Below are positions 48,548-60,819 of a stretch of 64,000 nucleotides of DNA, one piece after another; within the stretch, counting starts at the first letter, position 1; each line of letters opens with the position of its first letter. Under the pieces are notes generated by a model. That model was not told the origin of the DNA. It saw only the letters and a program-made list of their open reading frames with translations, and ran no database searches. The position numbers and the translations under genes were made by a program. This DNA is from a virus. The stretch lies in IMG/VR virus record IMGVR_UViG_3300045988_059940, positions 1 through 64,000 of that record; one strand, 5' to 3'.

Positions 48548-51500
48548 TAATTATAATAGTTTTTAGTTGTATTATTATCTAATAGAGTTTTTGGATTTTC
48601 ATGTATAGCATTTGCACCATAGTTCATAAATACTTCTCCATACTCTAATTTATTATGTCCAGCTGAAACATATCTATTTGGTGTAAATACCTATGCAAAC
48701 TTAACCTTTCCTGGACTTACAAATAGTGTACTACCACAGAAAGCACCTCTTATATAAGATAATTGATTAAATCCGTAGAATACGCCACTTATCTATACTG
48801 GTTGAGATGAGTTGCCCGTAACATAATGACAATATGCAAATGCAAACCCTATGTCTCCTAATACAGACTTATTTATATCCTATATAGCAGAAAGATTAGT
48901 TCCTAGATACAATGTTATACCATTAAATGTATTTCTAAGAGTTGTTATATTAGGACAGTATTTAAACAAGCTCTTTGGTATTGTGTAATTTGTAGTACCG
49001 TCTAATAAAGTATATGTAGACAAATATGTACAATTATAAAACATTCCAGTTATATTTTTTGTATAACCATTAAATGGTAACAATAATACTGGTGGAATAC
49101 GTCCGAATAATCCGCCTCTATCTTGAACATTATAACCACATCCACAACCGTAAAATATATTCTATATCTCAGCATCACCATTACAATATCTAAATAAATC
49201 TGGTGCGCAACAATAGTTTAGTGTACCACTTAATATAGTATTATCTCTTGTGATTACAGAAGATACTAAGTTCTCATCGTGTTCATCATCTCCATCATGT
49301 ACCCCAGTCTTCTTATGTACACCATCATAACTCCACATTATTGTGTTGTTTACAGTATCAGGTTGAGCTTTCTAGAATTTACCATTTATAAATAATATGT
49401 TGTATGGTTGATATGTATGGTTTTGAATTTCCTCTGGACTGTTATTAACATAAGGTTGTATATAATTGTACTAAAATAGATTATTAGTAAAGTTTATCTT
49501 TGAGTTTGGTTTCTTTGTAGTAATTGTAGTTTTAAAATATACAACACCTTCTGGGTTCTATATTACCGTACCATCTTTACTCCACTCTATTGTTTCGCCT
49601 GTCTATTTATATTTAAATATATCACCGTTCTTATGTGTTATTGTCACAGTTGTTGTTGAAACACCATTTGATGTAGATGTTTCTGATTCAATTTTACCAT
49701 CAACTATTCCATAATATGTCTATGTAACATCCGTTTCACCGTGATATAATAACTTATACGGTATATGACTTTTTATCCGCTCTTGATATGAAGAATTTGC
49801 AAACAAATAAGATACCTAATTTAATGAAGTACAATTTGCAAACGAGTTCCCAGTAAGCTTATAATCAAACTTTAAATCTGAGAACAAACCATATACATCG
49901 GTTAACTATGGATTGTTTATAAATAAATTACCAGGTAACTCTGGAATAGATATTAGATTTTCTGCTGTTGAATTACTGAACAAATATCGTACAACACTTA
50001 ACTTTTTACAATCTTTAAATATATTTTCTGGAAAACCTCCAACAATACGCTTTTTATAGCCATATCCAAACATTGTTATATTGTTGATAGTGCTTCTATT
50101 ATTAAAATGCGTAAGGTTGGTAAAACCTTCAAATAACTGATTTGTAATTGGGAAATCAACAGATGTTGTACCTTTGCTTAAGCATGCAAATGCAGATATA
50201 ACTGATACATGTTGTGGATGCTTGAACATATTCTTAAAAGATATGGTTCCTTTTCCATAACTTGAAATAAAAGCATCAGATACAGAATTTACTGGATTTT
50301 CAAAAGTTATTGTATCATAATCTATAAAACATGCGTTAAAGCAACTAGTATAATTCTTTGTTAATAAATTCTTGGTAAACATTGTAAGATTTCCTCTATC
50401 AGCACCGCCAGTTTTTGATAATTCTAAATCTCCATTGGCGTATTTATTATCAAAGTCTACAAATCCTGCATTGTTTACATCTTCAACGATGATTGAATTT
50501 TTATGATTAAAAAATCCAGTAAATGAATTTATTTTATAATTCTTAGATGAATGTCTAAACATAAATCTATCGAACATGCCGTGGAATCCATTTGCCCAAC
50601 AATCTATATTTGTCAAACTATCTATAAGTGGACTAAACAGACCGTTGTCTTTCGTAACATTGTTTTCATCGTGTTCTGGTGAGAATATTCTAATGTTTTT
50701 ATAACATCCCCATAGAATATCACGAATATCCCAAACGCCAGTTGCGAAATGATACATATAACGATTTGGACTATTATCCACAGTAGCTGTACGTTCAAAG
50801 TTTACCTTTGACTAAAAGAACATACCACGTAAACTCTTCATCTGTCCTAAGTTTGATAATGCGTAGTATACATCAAATACTGTACATGCGGTTTCTCTAA
50901 ACATATAATCACACACAGCAGTTCCAAATGTTATATTAGTTACACCATCACCACTTTGCCACGGCATCTTCCAATTCAATGGAGGCTGTTTACCTTTACT
51001 ATCTGGATTAGTTATTTCGTATGGCATAAGAACTCTACCGTCTGTGTCTACAACAGATTTGTTCATAAATTTAACAGTAGATACATCTGAACCATGTAGT
51101 GAGAATTTATTCAGCAGATAAAACGTTCTTGTTGATGCAATTACTATATTACCATATAAACGCTTTAAATTGGCACAGCCTTGGAATTGCTAAGTTAAAG
51201 TAATAGGTTTATCTTTATCATTAGCAAACTGTATGTATTCTACTGTACTATTTTGGCTAATATTGAATGTTTGTAAACCTGTAAACTTACTAAGATTTAA
51301 TATATCTTTGCTAGATGGACTTCCTTTTATTGCACTACCGTTCAAGTATAAGTTTTCAACGTTAGCTTCATTACAGTTGTCGATAGTAACATAATTCAAC
51401 TTAGAATTTGAAGATAAATCTATACTGGTAAGTGCTCGCAAATCAGATAGTGTAACATAATTTGTATTAGAATCACCAATCAATGCTTGGTTGTTTATTA

Positions 51501-54500
51501 TTCTTACACTATCTAACCTAGGACAGTTTTCAATAGCAATTTGTGTTAAGTTTACATTATTTGCTATTGTTAAATTAGTAAGATTTTTACAGTTTATAAT
51601 CTATACCTTTTGTAAGTTATTATAACCAGACAAGTCCAAAGATGTATAACCATCGCAATCTTCTATATAAACCGTCTATAAATTGTTACATCCTGTCAAG
51701 TCAATCTGTTTTAGATATGGTTGATGTCTCAAATCCAACTCATTTATGTTAGACCTTTGTATCTATAATGTTTTCAAAGGTACGTTGGTCGGTATGTATA
51801 TGTTTGTAATACATTTACTACCAGATATATTTATATCAGTAAGTTTAGTAAACTTTGTAAATGCGTGTGGAGTTTTGCTGTTTTGTTCTATATCTAAAAC
51901 AAATGTTTTCGTGGGGTCTAAGCACTGTGTATTAGAAAAGTCCATAGTTCTAATCTAAGACTGTATGTCTTTTCTAAATACATCTAATTTAAAGTCTGGG
52001 CTAAAATGTTTGTTGCCACTCAAATCTATTTCATATAATGCTGGGAATCCTAATGCATCTATTGTATTTTGTGCTTCTGTTGCAGCTAATATAGATACCT
52101 ACATACTTGATAACTTATTGTTAGCATTACCAAGCTTTATGAAGTTATTTGAATTAGTAATGTTCCAGTTATATGGACCACCATATTTAATGTTGCCAAC
52201 GTTTACAAACGTTTCTTTATTGTCCTATAAGAAATAGAAAGCGGTAACTGTATCGCCAATACTTATCTTTGATATTATTGGACAGTTTGTTGTTACTGGG
52301 AATACCTGTTGATTTGTACCCATTATACTGTTACCAGTAGATACATCTGCATTTGATTTAAATGTAATAGATTGCTGTTGCTTTGCAGTATCGCGCCACT
52401 TAAATAAGCTATCTAAGAATATAGTATGCTTCTTCAACCAATTTCTACTATGTGCAATCTTACGACCATGTAGCTTAGTCATATCTTTTGTATTACTAAT
52501 TTGGTCGTTAGTAAATTGTAATAGATATTTTAGCTTATAGTCATAATTAAATATCAACGAACCACAATCTGATGTTTGCTTATCAAAGTATTCATCAATG
52601 AAATAATTCGTAAATGTATCATATCCTTTTGACTTAGCTAAATCTTCTGTAAACTTTCTAAAATCATACCAATATTTTGTATATAGTGAATTTACATCTT
52701 CTCCAAATACTGCCCTACTAAACGATGTGTCTAATGACAACCACAGTTTGTTTGTATTTGCAGACACTGTTTTTCTAGATATAGCTTCGTCGAAATTAAA
52801 TGTTTCTGATACATACTACAATCCATTTTGTGCATTTGCAACAGTACCCTTGTTTGTTAGATACTTAATCCACACATCTGGTGTAATAGACAACTAACCT
52901 TGGTTATCACCGCTCATAGAACAGTCTAGGTCATAAAAGTCAGTAAGGTATTTGTTTCCATCCCAAGACCTATATGTTGAGTTCTTTCCAAAGTTATCAA
53001 CTAATCCAAAGAAGTTTGCAATGATGAAGTATTTCATTGCACTTTCTACATTGAATCCTAGGTTCTCAGCACTTACTGCATTGGAATCAATTTCAATATC
53101 TTGTTTCTAACCAGTCTTATAATAGTTATTAAAGTTATCAACTGAGTATAAATCATAAGACCCTGCAATATAGTTTTTAGAAATCGTACCAATAGAGTCA
53201 CTACTATAACAGCGTTCTATTGGGAAGCGCATTATGTTCTTTACGAACTGTACAAATCCTGGGTAATCGCTAACCTATTTATTTGATGGGTATCTAACAT
53301 CAAACCTACGATTTAAGATTTCTCTATCACTTTGCCAGAAATCACCATTTGAAGTATTTATACCTTCTGGAAGTGTATCTTTTACATTTGCAAAATCACT
53401 TAGAGATACAGTATCTTTAATTTCTATCCAGTTTGCATTTTGTGTATCTTCCTCTACGTATTTTACTTTATCTTTATAGAATGGGAATGTAGTTACCTCA
53501 AATACATTATTACCTTCATCTACGATTTTATTTACTTTCTTAAATCCTAAGTTTCTATATGCGTTACGACCTAGGTTAAATGAATATATTCCAAGTGGCG
53601 TAGTAGATACTTTATTTTGCGCATCTGTGTAGAATTTCATTATTAAGAATACAGGGAAACCTTCTACTGTATGTTTAAGTGTAGCTGTCTTTTGCTGCTT
53701 CTTAACATAATCAGACTCATATACATTGTCTACTGCTTTTTTATCGAATGGGAAATATTCAGATGTACCAATTCTACCAAGTGCACTATTTATAAACGAA
53801 CCAATAGAAGCATTACTAGCATGAGAGCTGTCTACAACGTCAGCTTTAAGTGTATATGTCTGTTCAGGAAACCATGTAGATTTTGGTACAAATGCTGTTG
53901 TGTCAGGTACAGTTATGTTTACGTTCTTAACTGCGTCTGCTAGCGTTGAAGTACCTTGTAATTCAATTGTGACACCGTTAATTGTTTTAATACTAGTGTC
54001 AATACCTGTCTTATCTTGTTTGTTTATTCCAACTGGGTCCCAGTATTGTATAACTTTATTTGTAGTAGCAGTTAGAGTTGTAGATGATGCTGATTGCTGT
54101 TTTACAAACTAATCAAATGTCCAAGATGAGTCGTTACTAACATCAATCAATACAATAGGTATGCCAATAAATGCAGCCTATTCTTGTATGCTTTTACTAT
54201 TTAATCTACCATTAGAATCTAGTAAGAAGTCTACATTATAGCCAGTATGCTCGTTGTATAGGTATGATTTAATACTACCATCAGATTTTCTTTCACAGAA
54301 GTTCTTTTTTAATTCTACCTATATTCTTGCATAGTTTGGAGTTCCATTTACATAATCAGTTGACACAATATTATTTATACTATCAACCATTATGTCGAAC
54401 TCATTAAGTGCATATGTATATATATTCATGTTATATATATCTACATCACACTTATTATATATTACAGACTTTCCATTCTTAATATATTGTCTAGCTCCTA

Positions 54501-56346
54501 AATATATAGTATCACCAAATACAATTGGAGTTGTTAGATTTCTAATAGCTGACAATACTCCGTCCAAATACACCTTGACTACATATGATACACTATCCAC
54601 ATATCCAGTTGCTATTTGTGTACGTGTCGTCTACTTCTTACACGTAATTGTAATATCATTTTCAGTACTATCTTCAAGCTATATTACATTTTCATTATTA
54701 ATATAAATGTTATGTACATCAATGGATATACCATTAATCATAGCTCCAAGATTCTAGTCTGCAACAGAAGTATTACCAGAGAATAATATTGTTCTCTCAT
54801 CATCTGGGTGATAGTCTGCTTTATAATGTATATGAATTGTAAATTCGTCACCGCTTGACGATATGATGTCATTAAACTTATATTTTCTAGATTCTAGTGA
54901 AATGTCATCAAATTTGGCATATGCACCATTACTAATCCTATAATACTATACAGCAGAATCTAAAATAGATACTCTTGACCTAATATTACTTTCCATTGTT
55001 CGCAACACAGAACCTATTTGGAATTGTGATTTATAGTTTGTATTTGTAAATTCAAACGTATCATCACCAACGTTCTATGCTCTGGCATGCAATGAGAATA
55101 TTCTGTTGTTTATAATATTAGATGTGTCTGATAAATATGTAACTGATGATTTTATAAACTTAATGTAATATGTCGTAGTTGCTGTCTTCTGTCCAGAAGT
55201 AACGGTCACCTTCAACGGTACTGTCTTATTTGCAACAGTCCACGGTTTATTATTTACAGATATATAATCACTAACCTACCTACCAAATACACCGTCAGCG
55301 TCTTGTCTAACAAGATTTCCATCTATTTCTATATTATACTTATAAGACGTGTACTGACTTACATATGCTGTAAATACAACATTAACAGAACCATCCATAC
55401 TAACCTCTGTTGGCTGTCCTTGTACTTTGCTCATTACAGCAGACGATATTAGAATTTCTGATGACACCACTGTCATTGTAGATTTAATCGTCTTCTTTAC
55501 AGATTGTGTTGTTTTGTTCTGTAAAGTACATTCTACAACATAACTATCTATGTAATCTTCTGTCTATCCTATCAAGTCACTAAGTACAATAGATTTTAAG
55601 AACTAGTCGGTTGTAGCAATTACTAAGTCATACTCTTTTGTAATTGTATGTAATCTACCTATGAGCTTAATTGTCAACTTGTAGTTACCGACAACACCTA
55701 CACTATAATACAACTTTAAAAAAGAAGTATTTAAGCTAGTTAGTGTACTTTGTATATCTTCACATGACATTTCTATGTTGTTGTCAATAATAACACCAGA
55801 CCACTGTGCAGAGCCGTATATACCCTTTTCGTCATCTTCATAAGATGCAGATATATTCAGCTTTCCAGTATGATTTGATAATTGACTTACAACAGTATCA
55901 TATGGTACAAACAGTATAGGATTTGACGCATTAGCTACTGAACTATATATCTATGTACTACCTATACGAGCTATTACATTCCACCCTTTATTGTATTTTA
56001 CACTTAAATCTGACAGCTTTATCTGTAAACCTCCCTAGTCCATTATTATTTGTGAACCAGTTGGTTTATCATTTACAGTAATAGTTGTATTTACTTCTGT
56101 ATCACCAGGTGTTGCTCCTCCACCTCCACTACCAGAGCCTCCACCTCCATGTAGTGCGAGCCATGATATATTTCCTTGTGCGACAGTTAAATCATCTTTT
56201 AATCTTTCCATCGCAGTATCAACAGAGATTATATTCTCTCCGTCTTTTAAGAACTTAGGGTTTGTTGTACCGATACCTTTTGCATCATTACTTGCTACAA
56301 TATCCCAAGTTCTTTTTGATTCATTATATTTCTTTATGTTATTCAT
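48547..56346 (-). CDS. Giant tail fibre / receptor-binding protein with leucine-rich repeats, 2,599 aa
   Basis: Ten co-framed fragments 48880..56346. Every gap was read: 36 TAG, no TAA/TGA. ATG at 56344-56346; TAA at 48547-48549. Gly linker HGGGGSGSGGGG. About 22-aa LRR units around 51.2-51.9 kb (LDLSGYNNLQKV.IINCKNLTN; LTIANNVNLTQIAIENCPRLDS). BspA-like repeats at 49.9-50.8 kb. Confidence 0.7.
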
Positions 56347-56357
56347 TGTAAGAAAGA

Positions 56358-59300
56358 TTATAAGGTGATTGTATATTTGTCCTATGTGGTTATATTATAT
56401 GCAGATAAATCTTGCGGTAATGATTCTTTCAATGTCATTGCTACTGCTGATAGACTATCTAATTGTTTATTCATGTCATACTTTGCAGTATTCTTATCTT
56501 CATTCACCGTCCAAACACCTTTTATTTGTTTAGCTGTAATATCTATTTTACTATCTGACATTTCATACACTACATACATGGGGTAATGTTGCTTAACATT
56601 TTCCTTCGGTGTAACTTCACTAGTCTTAGCTTTAAAATATGCTAACAACCAAGGTATTTGATAATCTGGCCCAGACGGCTGTTCTTTGTTTGAAACTAAC
56701 TTCCAACCAGTTGCCTATGACATAACATATGTTGGTGCATTGATTTTATCTACTATTTCAAATCTTGCAAATTGTAACCAATCATTATTTATATCTGATG
56801 CCTTTGTTACCTAAATTACTGGTTTTCTAGAAACACCTTCTGTTACTTCGCCCATAAACTCAACGGCTGTATTTTGCCTGTTATTCTATATATAATCAGC
56901 TGGTGCATCATATATTGGTTTACTTATACTATAAGTATGTTTGTGACCACCAAATACTAATCGTATACCATACTTCTTAAACAATCTAGAAAACCTATAT
57001 GTACCATTGTTATTTAGTGTATTTAAGTGTGAACCACTACGTCCTTTTACACCATTCATGAAGTCCCAGGTTACGATTGTAAATGGCATTTCATGCATAT
57101 AACAAAGTGTATTTTTACAGTCAGTTGGATTCTCTACACCATAGTATATCTATAAATCTTTCTTTAACCAATCTTCAATTTTAGCGTTCATTGTTTTAGC
57201 AAAGGTAGCATCGCCAGAGTTTGTACTAATGTTCCAATCATCTGTATACACTTTACTAGTAGCTACCGCATTTTCTGAATTAATAGATATGAAATGGAAT
57301 TTCCCATAATTAAACGAATATGTAGAATACATTAAACATTTCTTCCCATTCCATGTTAATTCATATTCATTGTTTGGGTCTAGCTCAAATGTAAAGTATT
57401 TCAATACATTTACATGGTTATATTTAGATGTAACATCATCACCGTCTGTTAGTTGTGTAGCATTATGTCCACACAAGTCATTGTTACCAACAGTAAACAT
57501 TTCAGTTTTATCACCTAAGAACTCGTCTAGTGCTTGATAGTAATCTAACCATTCATTCTCCCTATTACCGTTCTAAGTAATATCTCCTGTATTTATCAAG
57601 AAGTCTGCGTCTTGTTGGTCTTGTGCTAACATCTTGGCCGATTTACGCCAAGCCTGGTAATCTATCCAACTGAACCCTTGTTGGTCAGTTTCTTGTACGA
57701 ATTTAAAAGTTGTTACCTCTGAGTTGTCTTTGACCGTTAACGTCTTAATTGTACTATAATATGACTCGTCAAAGTCTCTTCCTATGCGATATTCATATAC
57801 GCCAGCTTCAAACTATTCACTTAATACTACCTTATGAGTAGTAACCATTGTACCGCGTACCGTCTTCCAGCGTAATCTTTCATAATGGTCTATGAACTTA
57901 TTTATAACAGCTGAGTTAGAAGAATCATCTCTTGTTATAGAATATTGTTTCTTCCATTCAGTTTGTCCTTTTTTACGATATTCTATAAACTCATCGTAAT
58001 ATCCGACAGATACCCAATTGAAGCATCTAGAAGCCTTTTTGTGATTTGCTGTATCGGAAGTGGCTTGAATACCAAATGTACACCTTATGCAGTTTGGTTT
58101 ATTCTTATTGAACTCTGTTTTATCTGTAAAGAAGTTTTTACCCTCCCATGATGCTTTTGGTGTATATTTCTCTTTCATCTCATCTAGATAGTAATACTGT
58201 ATACTATTACCTATCTTTGTAGTTTGACGTTTAAGATTTACATATATCCATAAGCTTGTAGACTTTCTAGCACCATATGCTTTATTACCCTATTTGGCTG
58301 GTTCTAACATAAACCTACGTATAAATAGCGCATCATTCCAAGAATCTCCTGGCTCTAATAAGAATGTAGTTCCACCTTCACTTAACGAGCCTACACCAAA
58401 TCCACAGCTATCTATATATCCTTTATTTACCTTTTGTTTATTCCAAGGTGAAGCTAACTCTCCAACAGCATATAGATTACCATTGGAATCGTACACCCAG
58501 TTATCTGTTGGACTACCAACACACAAATAGAAGCTAGAACAAGTTTGGCTAAACTTTATTAGTTCACCATTTGAGAACCACTCTTGGTCATATGTATTAA
58601 CATCAATGAATTGAGAGTTATAATCATTACATTTAGCTCCTCGTATTAAATATGTAGAGCCTGCTTTTATTACACCACTTAGCGGTAATGTGTGCCACTT
58701 GTATCCGTTTGTACCTCCACCATATGGTGTACCATCTGTATAGAGTAGATATATACCATTTAAGTTAATATCTTCTGTTGAACCATTTGCAAGCTCTACA
58801 AAGTTGTGTGAACACATACAGTCTTCTGAACCTTGTCCACCGCAATATACTTCATTTATACAGAGTAGATGATTTATAAATACACCCCAAGACCCATCTG
58901 GGTTACCTATACCAGTTGGAGTTTGTATATTCTTATGTATCATAAACTCGCCAGACTTACTTACTTCTACTTTGTATGTAGATTCACCGTCTGTAAAGTT
59001 TAGATACCTTAGTTTCGTAGCATATAAATCTTCTACACTAATTCCACCACCAGAACCTCCTGAGCCACCATCTGTTGTGCCTACAAGATTGAACTTCCCA
59101 TCTTTATATAGAACTAAACGTTTTTTATCTGTATAGAATAGTATTTCACCGTCTATTAGGTTTTGTCTATTCTTATTGAAATTAGCTACTGTATCCATCT
59201 TTATAGATACATGATTTACAGTAGGTTCTATTCCTTCTGTATTAGGTTTATCTTTAACTATACCTGGAATATCTTTTGATTCCTTTGGTTTAAGAGGGTC

Positions 59301-60029
59301 TGCTGAACGCATGATAATTTCCCTAGCACTAGAATGTGCATCACCAGCTACTACACCGTTGAGTATTATTTTATTTACAACACTCATGTTTTTGTATATT
59401 TCAGCGAGTGCTGCTTTTATCTTCTTTAACTCATCAGCATCATTCTATGTTAGATTTGTAGTATCACGAGTGTCTATCCACAACTTGCTTTTATCCTCTG
59501 GTGCAATTTGTCCAACATATATCTACGAACTTGATATTTCTGATAAACCTGTTGATAACAGACGATATAATACGCCTGTTGTTTTATTATATATTATTTT
59601 TGTAGATGCTTCTTTGTAATCATCAGATGACCCATAATTATCAGTGGATGCCCACTGTGCATATGCAAAACCTGCCTTTATTGCTAGGAATTTTTTATGT
59701 GCGTCACTGTATACTATTTTATCGTAAGTATTTGCTACGTTTACATCATCGATAGTATATATTGTCGTATCTATTGAATCTATTGTTAATACGTCAGACT
59801 TACGACCATTCTGCTTTATTTTTTTTAATATTTCATCAATGTTTATATCTGGCTATTGTGCCTATAAACGCTCTACAATACGTTTAATGGAGTTGGCATC
59901 AAATATATCCCCATCTTCAAACTAATGGTTATTGATATATTCGCCACGCTATAACATGATTACTTTTGGAGTCCTAGGTATATCTATGTTATCAATAATC
60001 CTAGTACCAAATAGTTTTGTTTTTTTCAT
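56358..60029 (-). CDS. Tail fibre-like protein with lamin-tail-like and metallophosphoesterase-like domains, 1,223 aa
   Basis: ATG at 60027-60029 (in-frame TAA 60039-60041); TAA at 56358-56360. Five co-framed fragments plus 59388-60029 were read: 14 TAG, no TAA/TGA. LTD-like segment INEVYCGG...HNFVELANGSTEDINLNGIYLLY. Phosphoesterase-like motifs LINTGDIT[TAG]NGN, VGNND and FGGHKH. Linker GGSGGSGGG. Confidence 0.65.
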
Positions 60030-60049
60030 GTGCTATAATTAAAAGATTA

Positions 60050-60090
60050 TACAAACAAGGAAAGGGGACCCCTTATCGGGACCCCCTTTT
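60050..60090 (-). terminator. Strand-specific hairpin + U-rich tract after dut (terminator/attenuator) at the code boundary
   Basis: Minus-strand RNA reads GGGGGUCCC-GAUAA-GGGGUCCCC (60086-60064). This gives 9 contiguous pairs including two G.U, followed by UUUCCUUGUUUGU. On the plus strand the two wobbles become A-C mismatches. It sits only about 35 nt upstream of the first recoded gene's ATG. Confidence 0.5.
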
Positions 60091-60144
60091 ACCTGCGAGA
60101 TATTGCCAGTCTATGTACGCCATCTCAGGTAAGCTTGTTACGCG

Positions 60145-60705
60145 TCACTCGCTTACTTCAGTGTCTTCCGTCGACACCACCGCTTCTGGCTCAAATTCTT
60201 GCTCAGCTTGTACGGCATCGTTTGTGCTGCTAGCTTCCTGTGCAGAATTATTATTCAGTGCGCTCAATTTCTCATCGCTGGAACCATATCCACCTTCCCC
60301 GCGTTCTGTTTCGCTAAGTTCCGTTACTTCTGTTACTGTAACTTCTGGAATCGGCATTACAATCAATTGTACAAAACGTTCCCCAATTTGGTATAATGCA
60401 GGAGCGCCGTTTGTTGTAATGTGCATCTTTGCTGTTACTTCTCCCCTGTATCCAGCGTCTATTACGCCAACACAGTTTGTCATAAACATTGATTTCTTAG
60501 CAATACTAGAACGAGGAAAGAGATAGCCTACGTAACCTTCTGGAATTTCTATCGCTAGACCAGAATGATATACTACAACCGTTTGACCAGCATCGTTTGG
60601 TTCTAATGTAATATCAACCGCTGTAAGGTCAAGTCCTGCGTCATTCTTATGTGCGCGTATAGGCATTATAGCCTTGTCATTCAATCTCTTAATTTTTAGT
60701 TCCAT
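60145..60705 (-). CDS. dut: dUTP diphosphatase (trimeric dUTPase) with an acidic C-terminal extension, 186 aa
   Basis: All five dUTPase motifs are present: AGLDL, PRSS, GVIDAGYRGE, GERFVQL and RGEGGYGSS. ATG at 60703-60705; TGA at 60145-60147; no in-frame TAG. Confidence 0.9.
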   Translation of the reverse strand: MELKIKRLNDKAIMPIRAHKNDAGLDLTAVDITLEPNDAGQTVVVYHSGLAIEIPEGYVGYLFPRSSIAKKSMFMTNCVGVIDAGYRGEVTAKMHITTNGAPALYQIGERFVQLIVMPIPEVTVTEVTELSETERGEGGYGSSDEKLSALNNNSAQEASSTNDAVQAEQEFEPEAVVSTEDTEVSE

Positions 60706-60731
60706 GTATTATTTTATATTAATTTATATAG

Positions 60732-60819
60732 ACGCCCCAGTAGGAGTCGAACCTACCCTGTCACCTTCAGAAGATACGCGGTTTTAGAGACCGCCAGTGC
60801 CACCGTACACCATAGGGCG
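60732..60819 (-). tRNA. Suppressor tRNA, anticodon CUA (reads UAG), class II-like with ~21-nt extra arm
   Basis: Minus-strand sequence: CGCCCUA UG GUG-UACGGUGG-CAC U G GCGGU CU-CUA-AA ACCGC [GUAUCUUCUGAAGGUGACAGG] GUAGG UUCGACU CCUAC UGGGGCG U. Features: 7-bp acceptor stem, 5-bp anticodon stem, 7-nt loop with U33 and A37, canonical T arm, 88 nt in total. CCA is not encoded. Confidence 0.8.

Noticed and set aside
1-60029. The heavily fragmented minus-strand ORFs could indicate a decaying or pseudogenised prophage, or poor assembly.
   Set aside because: The interruptions are exclusively TAG and never TAA/TGA. Frames are preserved for up to 16.5 kb. The merged genes have proper ATG starts, TAA/TGA stops and operon-like spacing. 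Random decay would introduce all three stops and frameshifts.
60017-60526. A 169-aa plus-strand ORF, and many other plus-strand ORFs in the track (e.g. 3745..4056, 5372..5695, 16914..17222, 22565..22861, 33095..33388, 41020..41247, 44557..44844, 54392..54706).
   Set aside because: All lie antisense to long, well-supported minus-strand genes. They have low-complexity or hydrophobic 'shadow' composition and no coherent neighbours. The 60017 ORF is simply the open antisense frame of the GC-richer dut gene.
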